Below, piece by piece: positions 19,045-28,239 of a DNA stretch of 64,000 nucleotides (position 1 is the stretch's first letter; each line of letters begins with the position of its first letter). The translations under genes were made by a program, and so were the position numbers. Source of the DNA: a virus; IMG/VR virus record IMGVR_UViG_3300050026_000481, positions 1-64,000 of that record. One strand, 5' to 3'. The notes beneath the pieces are model-generated. The model did no database searches. It saw only the letters and a list, made by a program, of their open reading frames with translations, and had not been told where the DNA came from.

Positions 19045-19371
19045 ATGGACGAAGAAACAAAAAAAGAAATTGAGAACATAGAAGCGCGCATGCAACGCAC
19101 TAGAAGGGAAGACGCTGAGGATGAAGCGAAAGTTCGGCTTATAGAAGCAGAGAAAGCGGCTAATGAACTACTAGAAGTTGCGGCAGAGGAAGCACGGAAG
19201 CTTATAACCGAAGCAGCCATGAGAGCGAGAGACTTGCTCGCAGTCGCCGTAACTAAAGCGAGAGAACTAATCCAAAAAGAACAGGATTTGGCGCGTGACC
19301 TGATTGAAGAAGCAGCAGAGCAAGACCGACGTGCAGACGGAGCTCGAATCGCTGAATTAAAGAAGGCATGA
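19045..19371 (+). CDS. Coiled-coil protein, unknown function
   Basis: 11-residue A..A..LL/LI..A helical repeats; GAGG RBS. Confidence 0.55.
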   Translation: MDEETKKEIENIEARMQRTRREDAEDEAKVRLIEAEKAANELLEVAAEEARKLITEAAMRARDLLAVAVTKARELIQKEQDLARDLIEEAAEQDRRADGARIAELKKA

Positions 19372-19997
19372 CCAAAATATCAAAGGCAACCAAAGAAGCG
19401 GAAGCCATCAAGAAGCTCGATAAATCAGCCTTACTCGCGCAAGAGCGGATAACAGAAGCCGCGAAAAAAGCGCAGAAGATGATTGACGACGCCTGTGCCA
19501 CGGCGACACAGGCACTTGAAAACACATTGAGAATCCCTGACAGAAGGAATATAGACGGCAGTTTCCAGTGGGACCGCGGGGATAGATACCGCCGCGGCAG
19601 CGATGATAGGCTGGAGCGGCTAGAAGATAAGGTACTCAGTATAAACGGTGCTAGAGGTTCTCTGGAAGTTGGGCAAGCAAAACGCGAAGAGCAGATTATC
19701 GGATTAATTGATGACGTTACCCATATACAAAATGATTATGACCAGGTACGTAATGAGTTAGACACAGTTAATAAAGAGGTAACCTCCCGAATGTCAACTC
19801 TTCGAGAGTTAATCCTTGAAGTAAAGGAAGGGCAGAAAAATGAACTCGCAGAAATACGCACGGAGTTTATCACGAAGCACTCAGAAGCGATGAGTAAAAT
19901 ACAATGGAAAATTATTGCCGCGCTCTCTTCACTTGCGTTCTTGTTTATCTTAGTGTTTATCTCGTATACCTTTCACGTCTTTGGAGGTCTACCTTAA
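19368..19997 (+). CDS. Coiled-coil protein with C-terminal transmembrane helix
   Basis: ATGA overlap with previous gene; hydrophobic C-terminus IIAALSSLAFLFILVFISY. Confidence 0.6.
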   Translation: MTKISKATKEAEAIKKLDKSALLAQERITEAAKKAQKMIDDACATATQALENTLRIPDRRNIDGSFQWDRGDRYRRGSDDRLERLEDKVLSINGARGSLEVGQAKREEQIIGLIDDVTHIQNDYDQVRNELDTVNKEVTSRMSTLRELILEVKEGQKNELAEIRTEFITKHSEAMSKIQWKIIAALSSLAFLFILVFISYTFHVFGGLP

Positions 19998-20008
19998 GGG
20001 GGGTTGCC

Positions 20009-20260
20009 ATGACAGATGAAAACCACGACACCATTATACGCCACGAGTGCGCGATAGGCGAACTGCGTGAGCAAGGTGAGTTCATACTGAAACGCCTTGA
20101 CGAACAAGACGCGAACGATGTCAAAACAAAAGACGAGTTAGTTCAAAAAATCGGAGAGATACAGTCATATAATGCCAATCACCTGAATGCGATTTTGGGT
20201 TCGATAGTAGTTGGGCTGCTGACTACGGTAATAATTGTGATTTGGTACGCTATTCATTAA
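20009..20260 (+). CDS. XhlA/hemolysin-like coiled-coil membrane protein
   Basis: Short coiled coil then TM helix AILGSIVVGLLTTVIIVIW; GGGGG RBS before ATG 20009. Confidence 0.5.
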   Translation: MTDENHDTIIRHECAIGELREQGEFILKRLDEQDANDVKTKDELVQKIGEIQSYNANHLNAILGSIVVGLLTTVIIVIWYAIH

Positions 20261-20280
20261 TTAAAAGGAGGCGATAAAAT

Positions 20281-20370
20281 ATGCAATTTTCATACATGGA
20301 ATTCATAACGACGTTGATTTTTATTGAAGTACTATTCGTATTGTTCCAGATTTATGGAGTGATGCATTGA
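20281..20370 (+). CDS. 29-aa hydrophobic membrane peptide
   Basis: AGGAGG RBS; MQFSYMEFITTLIFIEVLFVLFQIYGVMH; below the ORF-track cut-off. Confidence 0.5.
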   Translation: MQFSYMEFITTLIFIEVLFVLFQIYGVMH

Positions 20371-20825
20371 ATCACAGAACTCGGGTCACGCTTCAATTCG
20401 TTAAATCGCACCCGAAGCGGCGCACCAAGAAAATCATAGCTGCGCTGTTTATTTTACTTATTGTAGGTTGGGTAGCCAGCGTGGCATATCAGGTTGTTAC
20501 GTACAATAATCTAGCGAGTAAGCCTGAGAAACCGTGCCCCGTGATACTCGTGCCGGAGAATGCCACAAAGCCGGTGTTTTCTATTTATTACTTTACGCAA
20601 TCCGGTTGTGATTACTGCACCAAACAAACGCCAGCTATATCTGATATCGCCAAGAGCCATGATGTGACGATTATTAATTTGACAACAGATTCAAACGGCG
20701 CGGCTTTGATAAAACAATACAATGTGACGACAACCCCAACAGTTATAATATTTCGCAACAATGTAGAAGTGAAGAGGTTCAATACCGTCCAGAGCGAGGC
20801 AACACTACTGGCGGCATTGAAATGA
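20367..20825 (+). CDS. Membrane-anchored thioredoxin-fold protein
   Basis: N-terminal TM helix; YYFTQSGCDYC..QTP; YNVTTTPTVIIFRNNVEVKRF (cis-Pro motif). Confidence 0.8.
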   Translation: MNHRTRVTLQFVKSHPKRRTKKIIAALFILLIVGWVASVAYQVVTYNNLASKPEKPCPVILVPENATKPVFSIYYFTQSGCDYCTKQTPAISDIAKSHDVTIINLTTDSNGAALIKQYNVTTTPTVIIFRNNVEVKRFNTVQSEATLLAALK

Positions 20826-20875
20826 AATTTATTAATTCATGCATGAGTTAAAATAAACAGGAGGTGGAAATAAAA

Positions 20876-21148
20876 ATGATAGATGCAACAACGATTAATT
20901 TTATAGCGGTGTTCGCGGGCGTTGTGATAGGGATTATCCTTACACAGTTGACGGCTGACGTGACCCCGATAGTTCACAAGATTGTTGTTTCAGTGATGGC
21001 AGTACTAGCTGTAATGGGTTCGCTCGCAACAGGTGGGCAGGTTCTAGTGCCAGCTTTATTTTCTTCACTCATCGTCGGTTACGTAGCGGGAGTTACGTTC
21101 GAGACGAACGGCGTGATGCTTAAGTTGCGCGCTCAGGCTGGAAAGTAG
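20876..21148 (+). CDS. Holin-like multi-pass membrane protein
   Basis: 90 aa, three hydrophobic segments, basic C-terminus, last gene of the late operon; GGAGGTGG RBS. Confidence 0.5.
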   Translation: MIDATTINFIAVFAGVVIGIILTQLTADVTPIVHKIVVSVMAVLAVMGSLATGGQVLVPALFSSLIVGYVAGVTFETNGVMLKLRAQAGK

Positions 21149-21159
21149 CTGAAAGGTTA

Positions 21160-21180
21160 CTTTTTTTTCTTTTTTTTCTT
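21160..21180 (+). terminator. Oligo-T archaeal-type terminator ending the tail/lysis operon
   Basis: Two T8-9 runs just after stop 21148. Confidence 0.6.
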
Positions 21181-21622
21181 ACTATTCTATACACTTTATA
21201 TGCTACCTAGCTTTTGCTACCTTCTAATTAGCTATTTTTGGCAAAAGAAAGCCGTTAGCAGCGTGGTTTAGAAGCTGACGCAGAAAGGGGTAGGGTTTTG
21301 CGTTGCGTATGGGTTGGAAGCATACTATTTAGCTCTGGCTTTCGATAAGTAGGTATTAATACTATTAAGTATATTAGTTAAGTAGAGGTAAAGTAAAATG
21401 AGCTATCTCCATTGCTTGTACAGTCCCTATAACTTGCGGGGAAAAGATGTACTGTCATTATTGGCGAGAGAAGAAAAATGAGGTGAGGAAAGAGATGCAC
21501 AACGGAATACCAGGGAAAAACATGAACTCCTTCGAGGGGTCAAGTACCCGGGTGAAGGTGTTAGCGTGGGTCATGTCGGTGATTGTGGTTGGGGTCTTGT
21601 TTGGTTTGATGCGGTAGGACGG

Positions 21623-21636
21623 TTGACCAGTGTCAA
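21623..21636. promoter_or_regulatory. Recurrent 14-bp site, palindromic variant TTGAC-CAGT-GTCAA
   Basis: One mismatch to the exact copies at 27052, 37143 (reverse) and 49874. Confidence 0.6.
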
Positions 21637-21864
21637 TAGTATATCTATAGATATACATAAAAGTAAAGAAAGTAAAAGAAATAAAAAAGTAAATGCTCCG
21701 AGAATGGAAGGGTTTGCGATTTCCTAATGATGATAATATAAAGCTTTAAAATACTCGTGTTATGGATATGTTTGCTATTATATATAAACTTTGCTCATTG
21801 CGCACAGCCTTTTGAAATCTGCGGCAAGGTCACAATCGCATCACTTACTTTTTTACTTTTTTAC

Positions 21865-21878
21865 AAAGTTATATATAT
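21865..21878 (+). promoter_or_regulatory. Archaeal BRE/TATA promoter (AAAG-TTATATAT) for 21901 gene
   Basis: TATA box about 25-30 nt before ATG 21901, consistent with a leaderless transcript. Confidence 0.55.
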
Positions 21879-21900
21879 GTTCGCAGCATTCTAAACATTG

Positions 21901-22290
21901 ATGACAAACACATTTCGTGTTTCACCTAATGCTGATACAAAACATATCATGCGCAGAATCCGCGCGCGGGTTGACAACTGTAATCTTCCTGAGTGTTGGG
22001 TCCTACGCAAGCCAGGTCGTGATAAGATATGGTTGCGTAAAGGTGATGTTACGGGGTGCCCGGACAAAGGTAAACTCATGACAATATCCCGCCTGTTGTA
22101 TCTCTTTGAATATGGTGAGGTGCCAGAAGGGGCAAACATCAAGACCGTCTGTGGCACAAAATTTTGTCAGAACCCAGCCCACATGCGCATCGAAGGTTAC
22201 CCTGTATCATATGGGCATGTGTCTGGGCAAATAGCGCGACACATACTCACAGCCGAACAGGCGGCAGAATGGTTTAGGGATGATGAATGA
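21901..22290 (+). CDS. Degenerate HNH/His-Me finger protein
   Basis: ECWV...SRLLYLFEYGEVPEG..IKTVCGTKFCQNPAHM aligns with HNH_3 but lacks the catalytic His. Confidence 0.55.
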   Translation: MTNTFRVSPNADTKHIMRRIRARVDNCNLPECWVLRKPGRDKIWLRKGDVTGCPDKGKLMTISRLLYLFEYGEVPEGANIKTVCGTKFCQNPAHMRIEGYPVSYGHVSGQIARHILTAEQAAEWFRDDE

Positions 22291-22579
22291 CCCCATTCAC
22301 CACCTGCGGCTGCGGCAACCTAACCTACGGCAAATACCACCGCCGCTACTGCCCCGTCTGCCTGCACGCGCATAAGAAAGCCTCCGAGCACAACCGCAAC
22401 CTACAGCGCGACGCCGACCTGCGGCAGCGGCGGACGGAACTGTGGCATAAGAGGCTATAACGTGTCTCCTTGCGAAATCTGCGTCTCCTATGAATACGAA
22501 GGCGGCCTTGTGTGGTGTTCCCAACCATCAGGAAGTGTTGTGCTATTTGATAATAGGCCATGTTTGAGGTATGTGAAGG

Positions 22580-23299
22580 ATGGACACAAGAAAATATAAG
22601 CCTAAAAAGTGCAAGGGGTGTAATATAAAATTTACCCCGCACAATGCAGGTACCATGTATTGTAGTAAATGTCGGCCTGAAAAAGATAGACAGTATAGGT
22701 TGGCGAATCGCGAAAAAATACGTAAAAAAGTTGATAAGTGGGTCAAAGAAAACAGGGAAAGGAATACTAATAATAAAAGGAATTGGTATTTATCAAATCG
22801 GGATAAAATCTTAAAAAAACGGAGCGAGCATTACGCGCAACACCGCGAAGCTATGCTAGAACGGCAAAAAAAGTATCAAAAGCGTCCAGAAGTGCGCGAA
22901 CACAAGCTCAAGCGTCAGCATATATATTATCAGGAGTATAAAAAGAGACCAAGTGTGCGAGAACAGAGGCGCGAATATTTACGAAAATACCGAGAAGAGC
23001 ACCCTGAAAAGGGAAAAATGGTACACCACAGGCGGCGCGCTCTTGAGAATGGCAACGGTGGCTCTTATACAGTTGAAGAACTAAACCAATTGTGGCACGA
23101 ACAAAGAGGCTTTTGCTATTACTGTGGTGAACTCCTCTATAAAACATTAAACAGTGTTTATCATATAGAGCATAAGACTCCACTATCACGCGGCGGCACA
23201 AACGATATTTCTAACATTGTATTAAGCTGCGCTGAGTGTAACTTGCGCAAAGGCACAAAGACGGATAAAGAATTTTTAATCGAAATAGGTAGGCTATAA
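22580..23299 (+). CDS. HNH endonuclease with N-terminal Zn finger and basic helical repeats
   Basis: QRGFCYYCG...HIEHKTPLSRGGTNDISNIVLSCAECNLRKG. Confidence 0.9.
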   Translation: MDTRKYKPKKCKGCNIKFTPHNAGTMYCSKCRPEKDRQYRLANREKIRKKVDKWVKENRERNTNNKRNWYLSNRDKILKKRSEHYAQHREAMLERQKKYQKRPEVREHKLKRQHIYYQEYKKRPSVREQRREYLRKYREEHPEKGKMVHHRRRALENGNGGSYTVEELNQLWHEQRGFCYYCGELLYKTLNSVYHIEHKTPLSRGGTNDISNIVLSCAECNLRKGTKTDKEFLIEIGRL

Positions 23300-23471
23300 G
23301 GATTGCCCGTGCTATTGCAAAGCAAAACCAACACACTTATAAACCCTAACTACGTTTAATTACTCTCCTTAAGCAATATTGTTATTATATCACAACGTAA
23401 TATAGCATACCTTTAAGTATCTTTAGTAACCATATAGTAACTTAGTGTCTAATGAAACGGAAGGGAGAAAA

Positions 23472-24491
23472 ATGACGCAACAATTAGAATTCGTAAGCAG
23501 CGTTGAGCTGCCGACGGAGTCAATAACCCCGTCAAAACTCAACCCGCGAACCGAGTTCGACCGGTCGGAACTCGAGAAATTCGCGCAGAATATAAAAGAA
23601 CGCGGGATTATTCACCCTATCACTGTACGCCCCATCGGAGAAAACGACTACGAGATAGCCGACGGCGAACGGCGGTGGCTGGCGGCGAAACAGCTGGGGA
23701 TGAAGCACGTACCGGTTATTATCAGGGATTTAACCGACCAGGACGTCATCGAACTTAACCTCATCGAGAATATCCAACGGCGGGACCTCACGGATGTGGA
23801 AAAGGGTAGGGCAATCAGGTCAATGCTTTTGGATGAGAAGTTTCAGTATAACACGCAAAAGGACTTAGCCAGGGCGATTGGCGTTTCGCCGGTGGAAGTA
23901 AACCGCTGGGTAGCCCTCGCAACGCGGCTGGACCCCATCGTCCAGGAGATGATTGCCCCGTCGGATATGAGCAAAGTAAAACCGGCAGGGACGATTGAAA
24001 GTAGGACGGGTACAATCATAGCTTCGCATGTCAAGGAACCAGAGAGGCAAAGAGAGATAGCGCAGGCGATAGTGGACACCGGCTTACGCGGCCAGGAAGC
24101 GAGGAGTTTTGTCAGGAGGGCGGCAAGGCCTGAAGTGACTGTACAAGAAACAGTAGATGCGATTATTGAGAAGGTCAAGGAGCCGCGCGTGCAGATGGCT
24201 TTCAGTAAAAAGGAAAGGAACCAGATAGATGCATTGGCGAAGCGCACCGTCGTAATCCCACACATCAGGCCTGGACTTTCAGAGGGAGGCTTAATAGATA
24301 TCTGTGTGCAGTCTGATAGTGTGAGAATCAGTGGGATTTATCCCAAGCAGTATGGCAGCCTCACGGATGATGATGCGATGCGAGACGGATTTAGTAATGT
24401 AGATGAATTTAGAAGCCACTTTGAAACTAAGTACGGCCCAATTGGCGATGATGAGCGGGTATTCGTAGTGCAGTTTACAACCGAGTTGTAA
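23472..24491 (+). CDS. ParB/Srx-family protein with HTH and C-terminal ASCH-like domain
   Basis: NPRTEFD..GIIHPITVR..IADGERRWLAA..LIENIQRRDL; TQKDLARAIGVS HTH; C-terminal LTDDDAMRDGF...VFVVQF. Confidence 0.85.
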   Translation: MTQQLEFVSSVELPTESITPSKLNPRTEFDRSELEKFAQNIKERGIIHPITVRPIGENDYEIADGERRWLAAKQLGMKHVPVIIRDLTDQDVIELNLIENIQRRDLTDVEKGRAIRSMLLDEKFQYNTQKDLARAIGVSPVEVNRWVALATRLDPIVQEMIAPSDMSKVKPAGTIESRTGTIIASHVKEPERQREIAQAIVDTGLRGQEARSFVRRAARPEVTVQETVDAIIEKVKEPRVQMAFSKKERNQIDALAKRTVVIPHIRPGLSEGGLIDICVQSDSVRISGIYPKQYGSLTDDDAMRDGFSNVDEFRSHFETKYGPIGDDERVFVVQFTTEL

Positions 24492-24496
24492 TTGCA

Positions 24497-25240
24497 CTAT
24501 TTTCTTTTACTCAACCACTCAAAATATTCTACATCAGTTTTTGCCCATTTTTGTTGATTGCAACTCAGATGAGCCAAACCAACATTAGACATATCATTGA
24601 CCCCACCTCGCGAGATTGGAATTTTGTGGTCTATTGTTGGGGGGTCGTCAAATCTTTTAAAAAAAGGTTTACCACACAAATAACATAAACCATCTTGGTG
24701 TTTGAATAATATTATTTCGGCGTCGTGTGGTAACTTTCCGCCGTTTCCTTTTATGCGCGCCCTCCGGTTTTGTACTAATATCCTTACCTTCTCCGGATTG
24801 TTCCTACACCATCCACGAGCGCGTTCACGCTCTTTTTCGGGATTCTTCCAATACTCTTCACGCTGGCGTTCAAGTATCTCTTCACGATTTTTCTTTTGCC
24901 ATTTGCGGGTAAGTTCGCGCAGGTATTTACGGTTTCCTGCACGGTATATTGCTTGGCTGGCTCGAATCTTATCTCCATGTTTTTGCCGATATCTGCGTCC
25001 AATTTCGCGGCAAGTGTCACACGTTTTAAATCGTTCAGATTCATTAGGCCTACCACAGTTATTACAGTTTCCAAGTGTGTGCCTTCGCTCGTAGGTGCGT
25101 TCATCCTCTTTCTTTAAGTATGCCACTCGGTTCTTTTTGTACCATGCTCGTCGCTTTGCGCGGCACAAACTACATTTTTTAAAGCCGTCAGCTTCAAATT
25201 CTTTACGGCATTTAGTACAAACAGAGATATTGATAGACAT
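24497..25240 (-). CDS. HNH endonuclease with tandem Zn-finger repeats
   Basis: QDGLCYLCG..TIDHKIPISRGGVNDMSNVGLAHLSCNQQK; a TATA-like box (GAAAGCTATATTAA, minus strand) lies about 30 nt upstream. Confidence 0.9.
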   Translation of the reverse strand: MSINISVCTKCRKEFEADGFKKCSLCRAKRRAWYKKNRVAYLKKEDERTYERRHTLGNCNNCGRPNESERFKTCDTCREIGRRYRQKHGDKIRASQAIYRAGNRKYLRELTRKWQKKNREEILERQREEYWKNPEKERERARGWCRNNPEKVRILVQNRRARIKGNGGKLPHDAEIILFKHQDGLCYLCGKPFFKRFDDPPTIDHKIPISRGGVNDMSNVGLAHLSCNQQKWAKTDVEYFEWLSKRK

Positions 25241-25324
25241 CTAAGTTACAGATGGTTGCAAAAGTTAATATAGCTTTCGGAAGGAAGAAGAAAGTAATAA
25301 AATTAAGCAAAAAATAGACAGTGG

Positions 25325-25687
25325 TTAATCCCTAGCCGCCGCCTCTTTTTCCTTACTCTCTTTTTCCTTAGCGCGGACAATGTCCAGTAGGTCATAGAAG
25401 ACCAATCTTTTAATCATAATCTCTTCCAACAAATCCTGCTTCAGCGCACTATCGTTGACCTTAGTCGCGTAACCCTCGGCCGACTGAATCGCCTCAAGCA
25501 AGTGCTCCACTTCTGAGCGCTGGTGGTTGTCGTGTGGGGTATATTCGATAGGGTCGTATCTGGAAGGTACGTACACCCTACCTAATTTCTCGAGTGACCT
25601 ATCAATTTTCTTTAAGCAGATAACACATCTCGTATGTGCAAGCTGGTCCGCTGGGTCGAGAATGATTATATCGAAGTCGGGTGTCAT
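25325..25687 (-). CDS. Hypothetical protein
   Basis: ORF with a minus-strand BRE/TATA (CGCAAAGCTTATAA at 25722-25735). Confidence 0.45.
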   Translation of the reverse strand: MTPDFDIIILDPADQLAHTRCVICLKKIDRSLEKLGRVYVPSRYDPIEYTPHDNHQRSEVEHLLEAIQSAEGYATKVNDSALKQDLLEEIMIKRLVFYDLLDIVRAKEKESKEKEAAARD

Positions 25688-25817
25688 AGTGTGTAACACT
25701 AGCATAGTGCGTTGCGATTAGTTATAAGCTTTGCGTTTTGTGCAGGGTTTTGATATCGCTTTCACAGTTTCACGTTTCAAACGTAACTATTTATAATATT
25801 AAAGACATTAGTTGAGT

Positions 25818-25952
25818 ATGCAAAAAACAACAATAACCGTGACAGAGGAAACACATGCGCGGTTAAAACGGAACGGTAAGTTTGGAGAGTCGTTTGACAA
25901 CCTTGTCAATCGTTTGCTTGACTGTATTGAAGGGGTGAATAAAAATGACTGA
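25818..25952 (+). CDS. Archaeal-type ribbon-helix-helix / antitoxin-like DNA-binding protein (44 aa)
   Basis: MQKTTITVTEETHARLKRNGKFGESFDNLVNRLL; TTTATAA box about 25 nt upstream; below the ORF-track cut-off. Confidence 0.7.
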   Translation: MQKTTITVTEETHARLKRNGKFGESFDNLVNRLLDCIEGVNKND

Positions 25953-26079
25953 AGAATTTATAGACCCTGAACTCTTTAAAACTGAAAGCTCTAACATGCT
26001 TCAGTTTAGGATGCTAATAAATAAACTAAATAGGATTATTGAACTGTTAGAGAAGATAGAAGAAAAATGAGGTAAAGAA

Positions 26080-26283
26080 ATGAGTCTACGATGCTTGGTG
26101 GGAGCCCACAAGTTTAAAAACTACTATAGATTTCCTGGTTATTGGGTGATAAGATGTATGCGATGCGGACGGTTTGATACCGTGTTTGGTGGAAGAGGGT
26201 GGTGGGGTGACACTGGAGAAGCATACGATTATTGGAAAGATAAACCAGTTAGGAATTATGAAAAAAAGGGGGTTAAAAAATGA
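26080..26283 (+). CDS. Small Zn-binding hypothetical protein
   Basis: C...GAH...CMRCG; GAGG RBS. Confidence 0.45.
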   Translation: MSLRCLVGAHKFKNYYRFPGYWVIRCMRCGRFDTVFGGRGWWGDTGEAYDYWKDKPVRNYEKKGVKK

Positions 26284-26611
26284 CCTGGGAACTAGTTTGT
26301 GTTAAGTGTAAGAAAGACAAGTGTTTAGTAACTGTCAATTTTGAAAAGGACGACCAGTATTCAGTACAAAGTCCGAAAGCACTCGCAAAAGAGCTGATGA
26401 GATGGTTAAAAGGAGAAACTATAGGACACAGCAATAACACAACCCCGCGCCGTTTTCGGTAAACTTATATATCATTGTGGCCATATCTAAAGGTAGCGAC
26501 AAACAACATGGCGTGGGGTCTTCATGATTCATGATATACACCTCCACCCCACGCTCCCTCCGATTCTTTTTTGCTGAGGTGAATCCTAAGACCACAAATG
26601 AGGAATAAAAA

Positions 26612-27055
26612 ATGCCAAAACCACGATTTATGACACCAGAAGATGTTAGATTAGATGATGCTAAACCAGAACTCGAAGGAAATGAATTCCAGCACGAGTC
26701 GTTTCAACTAGAGCGGCCCGCACACGTGCCTAGACTTTCCGAGGGTACGCACGACGCCGAAATCCTAAAAATGCACCGCACGAGAGAACCTTCTTTTGAT
26801 GACCCCAGTGTAATGGAGGACAAAATAGTCGTTCTGTTTAGTACTAACGAAGGCACAATCCAGCGCACTATGAATGAAAAATACCACGAAAAGAGCGTAC
26901 TGGGGCAGCTCCTTACCGCGGCGCTTGGCGAGATACCGGCATCGATTAGCAGCGATGACCTCGTAGGGAAAAAGCTGAGGATTACTATTATTCACAAGGA
27001 AAAGGGCGCGGACATTTGGGAGAATGTGTCTGCATTTAAGAAGCCCAGAAGTTAA
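26612..27055 (+). CDS. Putative single-stranded DNA-binding protein (DUF669/phage SSB-like OB fold)
   Basis: LSEGTHDAEI...KSVLGQLL...DDLVGKKLRITI.H...WENV. Confidence 0.6.
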   Translation: MPKPRFMTPEDVRLDDAKPELEGNEFQHESFQLERPAHVPRLSEGTHDAEILKMHRTREPSFDDPSVMEDKIVVLFSTNEGTIQRTMNEKYHEKSVLGQLLTAALGEIPASISSDDLVGKKLRITIIHKEKGADIWENVSAFKKPRS

Positions 27056-27065
27056 CCAGTGTCAA
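27052..27065 (+). promoter_or_regulatory. Recurrent 14-bp site TTAACCAGTGTCAA
   Basis: Exact copy; about 40 nt upstream of a TATA-like CTTAAG box for ATG 27136. Confidence 0.6.
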
Positions 27066-27135
27066 TCTATCACGATTTAACACAAACGCGACGCAAACAC
27101 AAGCCTTAAGCTAACGTAAACAAACCGTACAAACC

Positions 27136-27360
27136 ATGAATCAAGGGGAACACGAGCTGCTGCGACAGGCAGTAGCGGAAAATATAAAGATGCGCGAACG
27201 GTATGAGAATGTACTCAACGAACTCGATAACCTCTGGACATCCCTTAGGGAGCTCCAGGACTCACATGATGATTTCTACGAGAAAGCAACGTCATTCCGC
27301 GCCGACGCGCTGAAGTGGCGCACATGCACGGTTAGGGAAATAGAACAAAAAATAAAGTAA
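27136..27360 (+). CDS. Coiled-coil hypothetical protein
   Basis: ORF track; heptad pattern. Confidence 0.5.
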   Translation: MNQGEHELLRQAVAENIKMRERYENVLNELDNLWTSLRELQDSHDDFYEKATSFRADALKWRTCTVREIEQKIK

Positions 27361-27414
27361 AAGTTACGTGGCGGCGGCATCGCAGGAGCACCGACTGCCG
27401 CGGCCGTGACACAT

Positions 27415-27442
27415 TGGGTGGTTAAGTCCACCCATATTTTTT
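27415..27442 (+). terminator. Hairpin plus T tract
   Basis: TGGGTGG-ttaagt-CCACCCA then TATTTTTT. Confidence 0.55.
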
Positions 27443-27456
27443 ATTATAGAGGGAAA

Positions 27457-28239
27457 ATGAGCAATAATATCTATCTTGTGTCTGGCGGCAAGGATTCAAC
27501 AGCTATGCTTATCAATGCCCTTGAAAACGGCGACCAAGTAGATTCAGCTCTCTTCTTAGATACCACTCTTGAGTTTCCAGAACTTTACACTTATCTCGAT
27601 AAACTCGACGCATATATCGCCGACTACGGCATACAAATCGAACGACGCGTCACATCATCAACGCCGTTCGAGGAACGGTTCTACCGCGTCCGCGAGAGGG
27701 GGCAATTAAAGGGGACGGTCTTAGGCTTCCCGTACGCGGCATTCCCACGCAACTGCTGGATACGCAGGGAATTTAAGGCGTTCCCTAAGCCTGGAGAAAA
27801 CGATTGTCACATGATTGGCATCGCCTATGACGAACGCCACCGCACCAATAGGAAGATGTACTCCGAGGAAGTTGAATGTGTAGGCTGCGCGCCGTTTGCC
27901 GACCATTGTAACACACTTGCGCTTCAAGTATCAAAATATTACAAATTCCCTTTAATCACATGGAAATGGACCGAGGCCGATTGCATCAATTTTTTAGAAG
28001 AACGTAACATGCTGAACCCACTTTATGACCGATTTAAGCGTATAGGTTGTTGGCTGTGTGTATATCAGCGGAAAGACTCGCTGTACAATCTTTATACATA
28101 TTATCCAGAACTATGGGGTCAACTATTGAAGTATGAGCAGGATAGCCCCCACGGGTTCAAACCAATGATGACGTTGACAGAGTGGCAGAATGAATTTGAC
28201 AAGCGGAACGCGACTAAACAGTTGACGCTAGAAGCATGA
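27457..28239 (+). CDS. Phosphoadenosine phosphosulfate (PAPS) reductase-family / PP-loop protein
   Basis: SGGKDSTAM PP-loop; FLDTTLEFPELY; IGIAYDE..R; FPL..W; NPLY..FKRIGCWLC. Confidence 0.85.
   Translation: MSNNIYLVSGGKDSTAMLINALENGDQVDSALFLDTTLEFPELYTYLDKLDAYIADYGIQIERRVTSSTPFEERFYRVRERGQLKGTVLGFPYAAFPRNCWIRREFKAFPKPGENDCHMIGIAYDERHRTNRKMYSEEVECVGCAPFADHCNTLALQVSKYYKFPLITWKWTEADCINFLEERNMLNPLYDRFKRIGCWLCVYQRKDSLYNLYTYYPELWGQLLKYEQDSPHGFKPMMTLTEWQNEFDKRNATKQLTLEA

Noticed and set aside
27457-28239. Auxiliary sulfate-assimilation gene cysH
   Set aside because: It lacks the C-terminal ECGLH motif and any sulfur-pathway neighbours, so no gene symbol was assigned.
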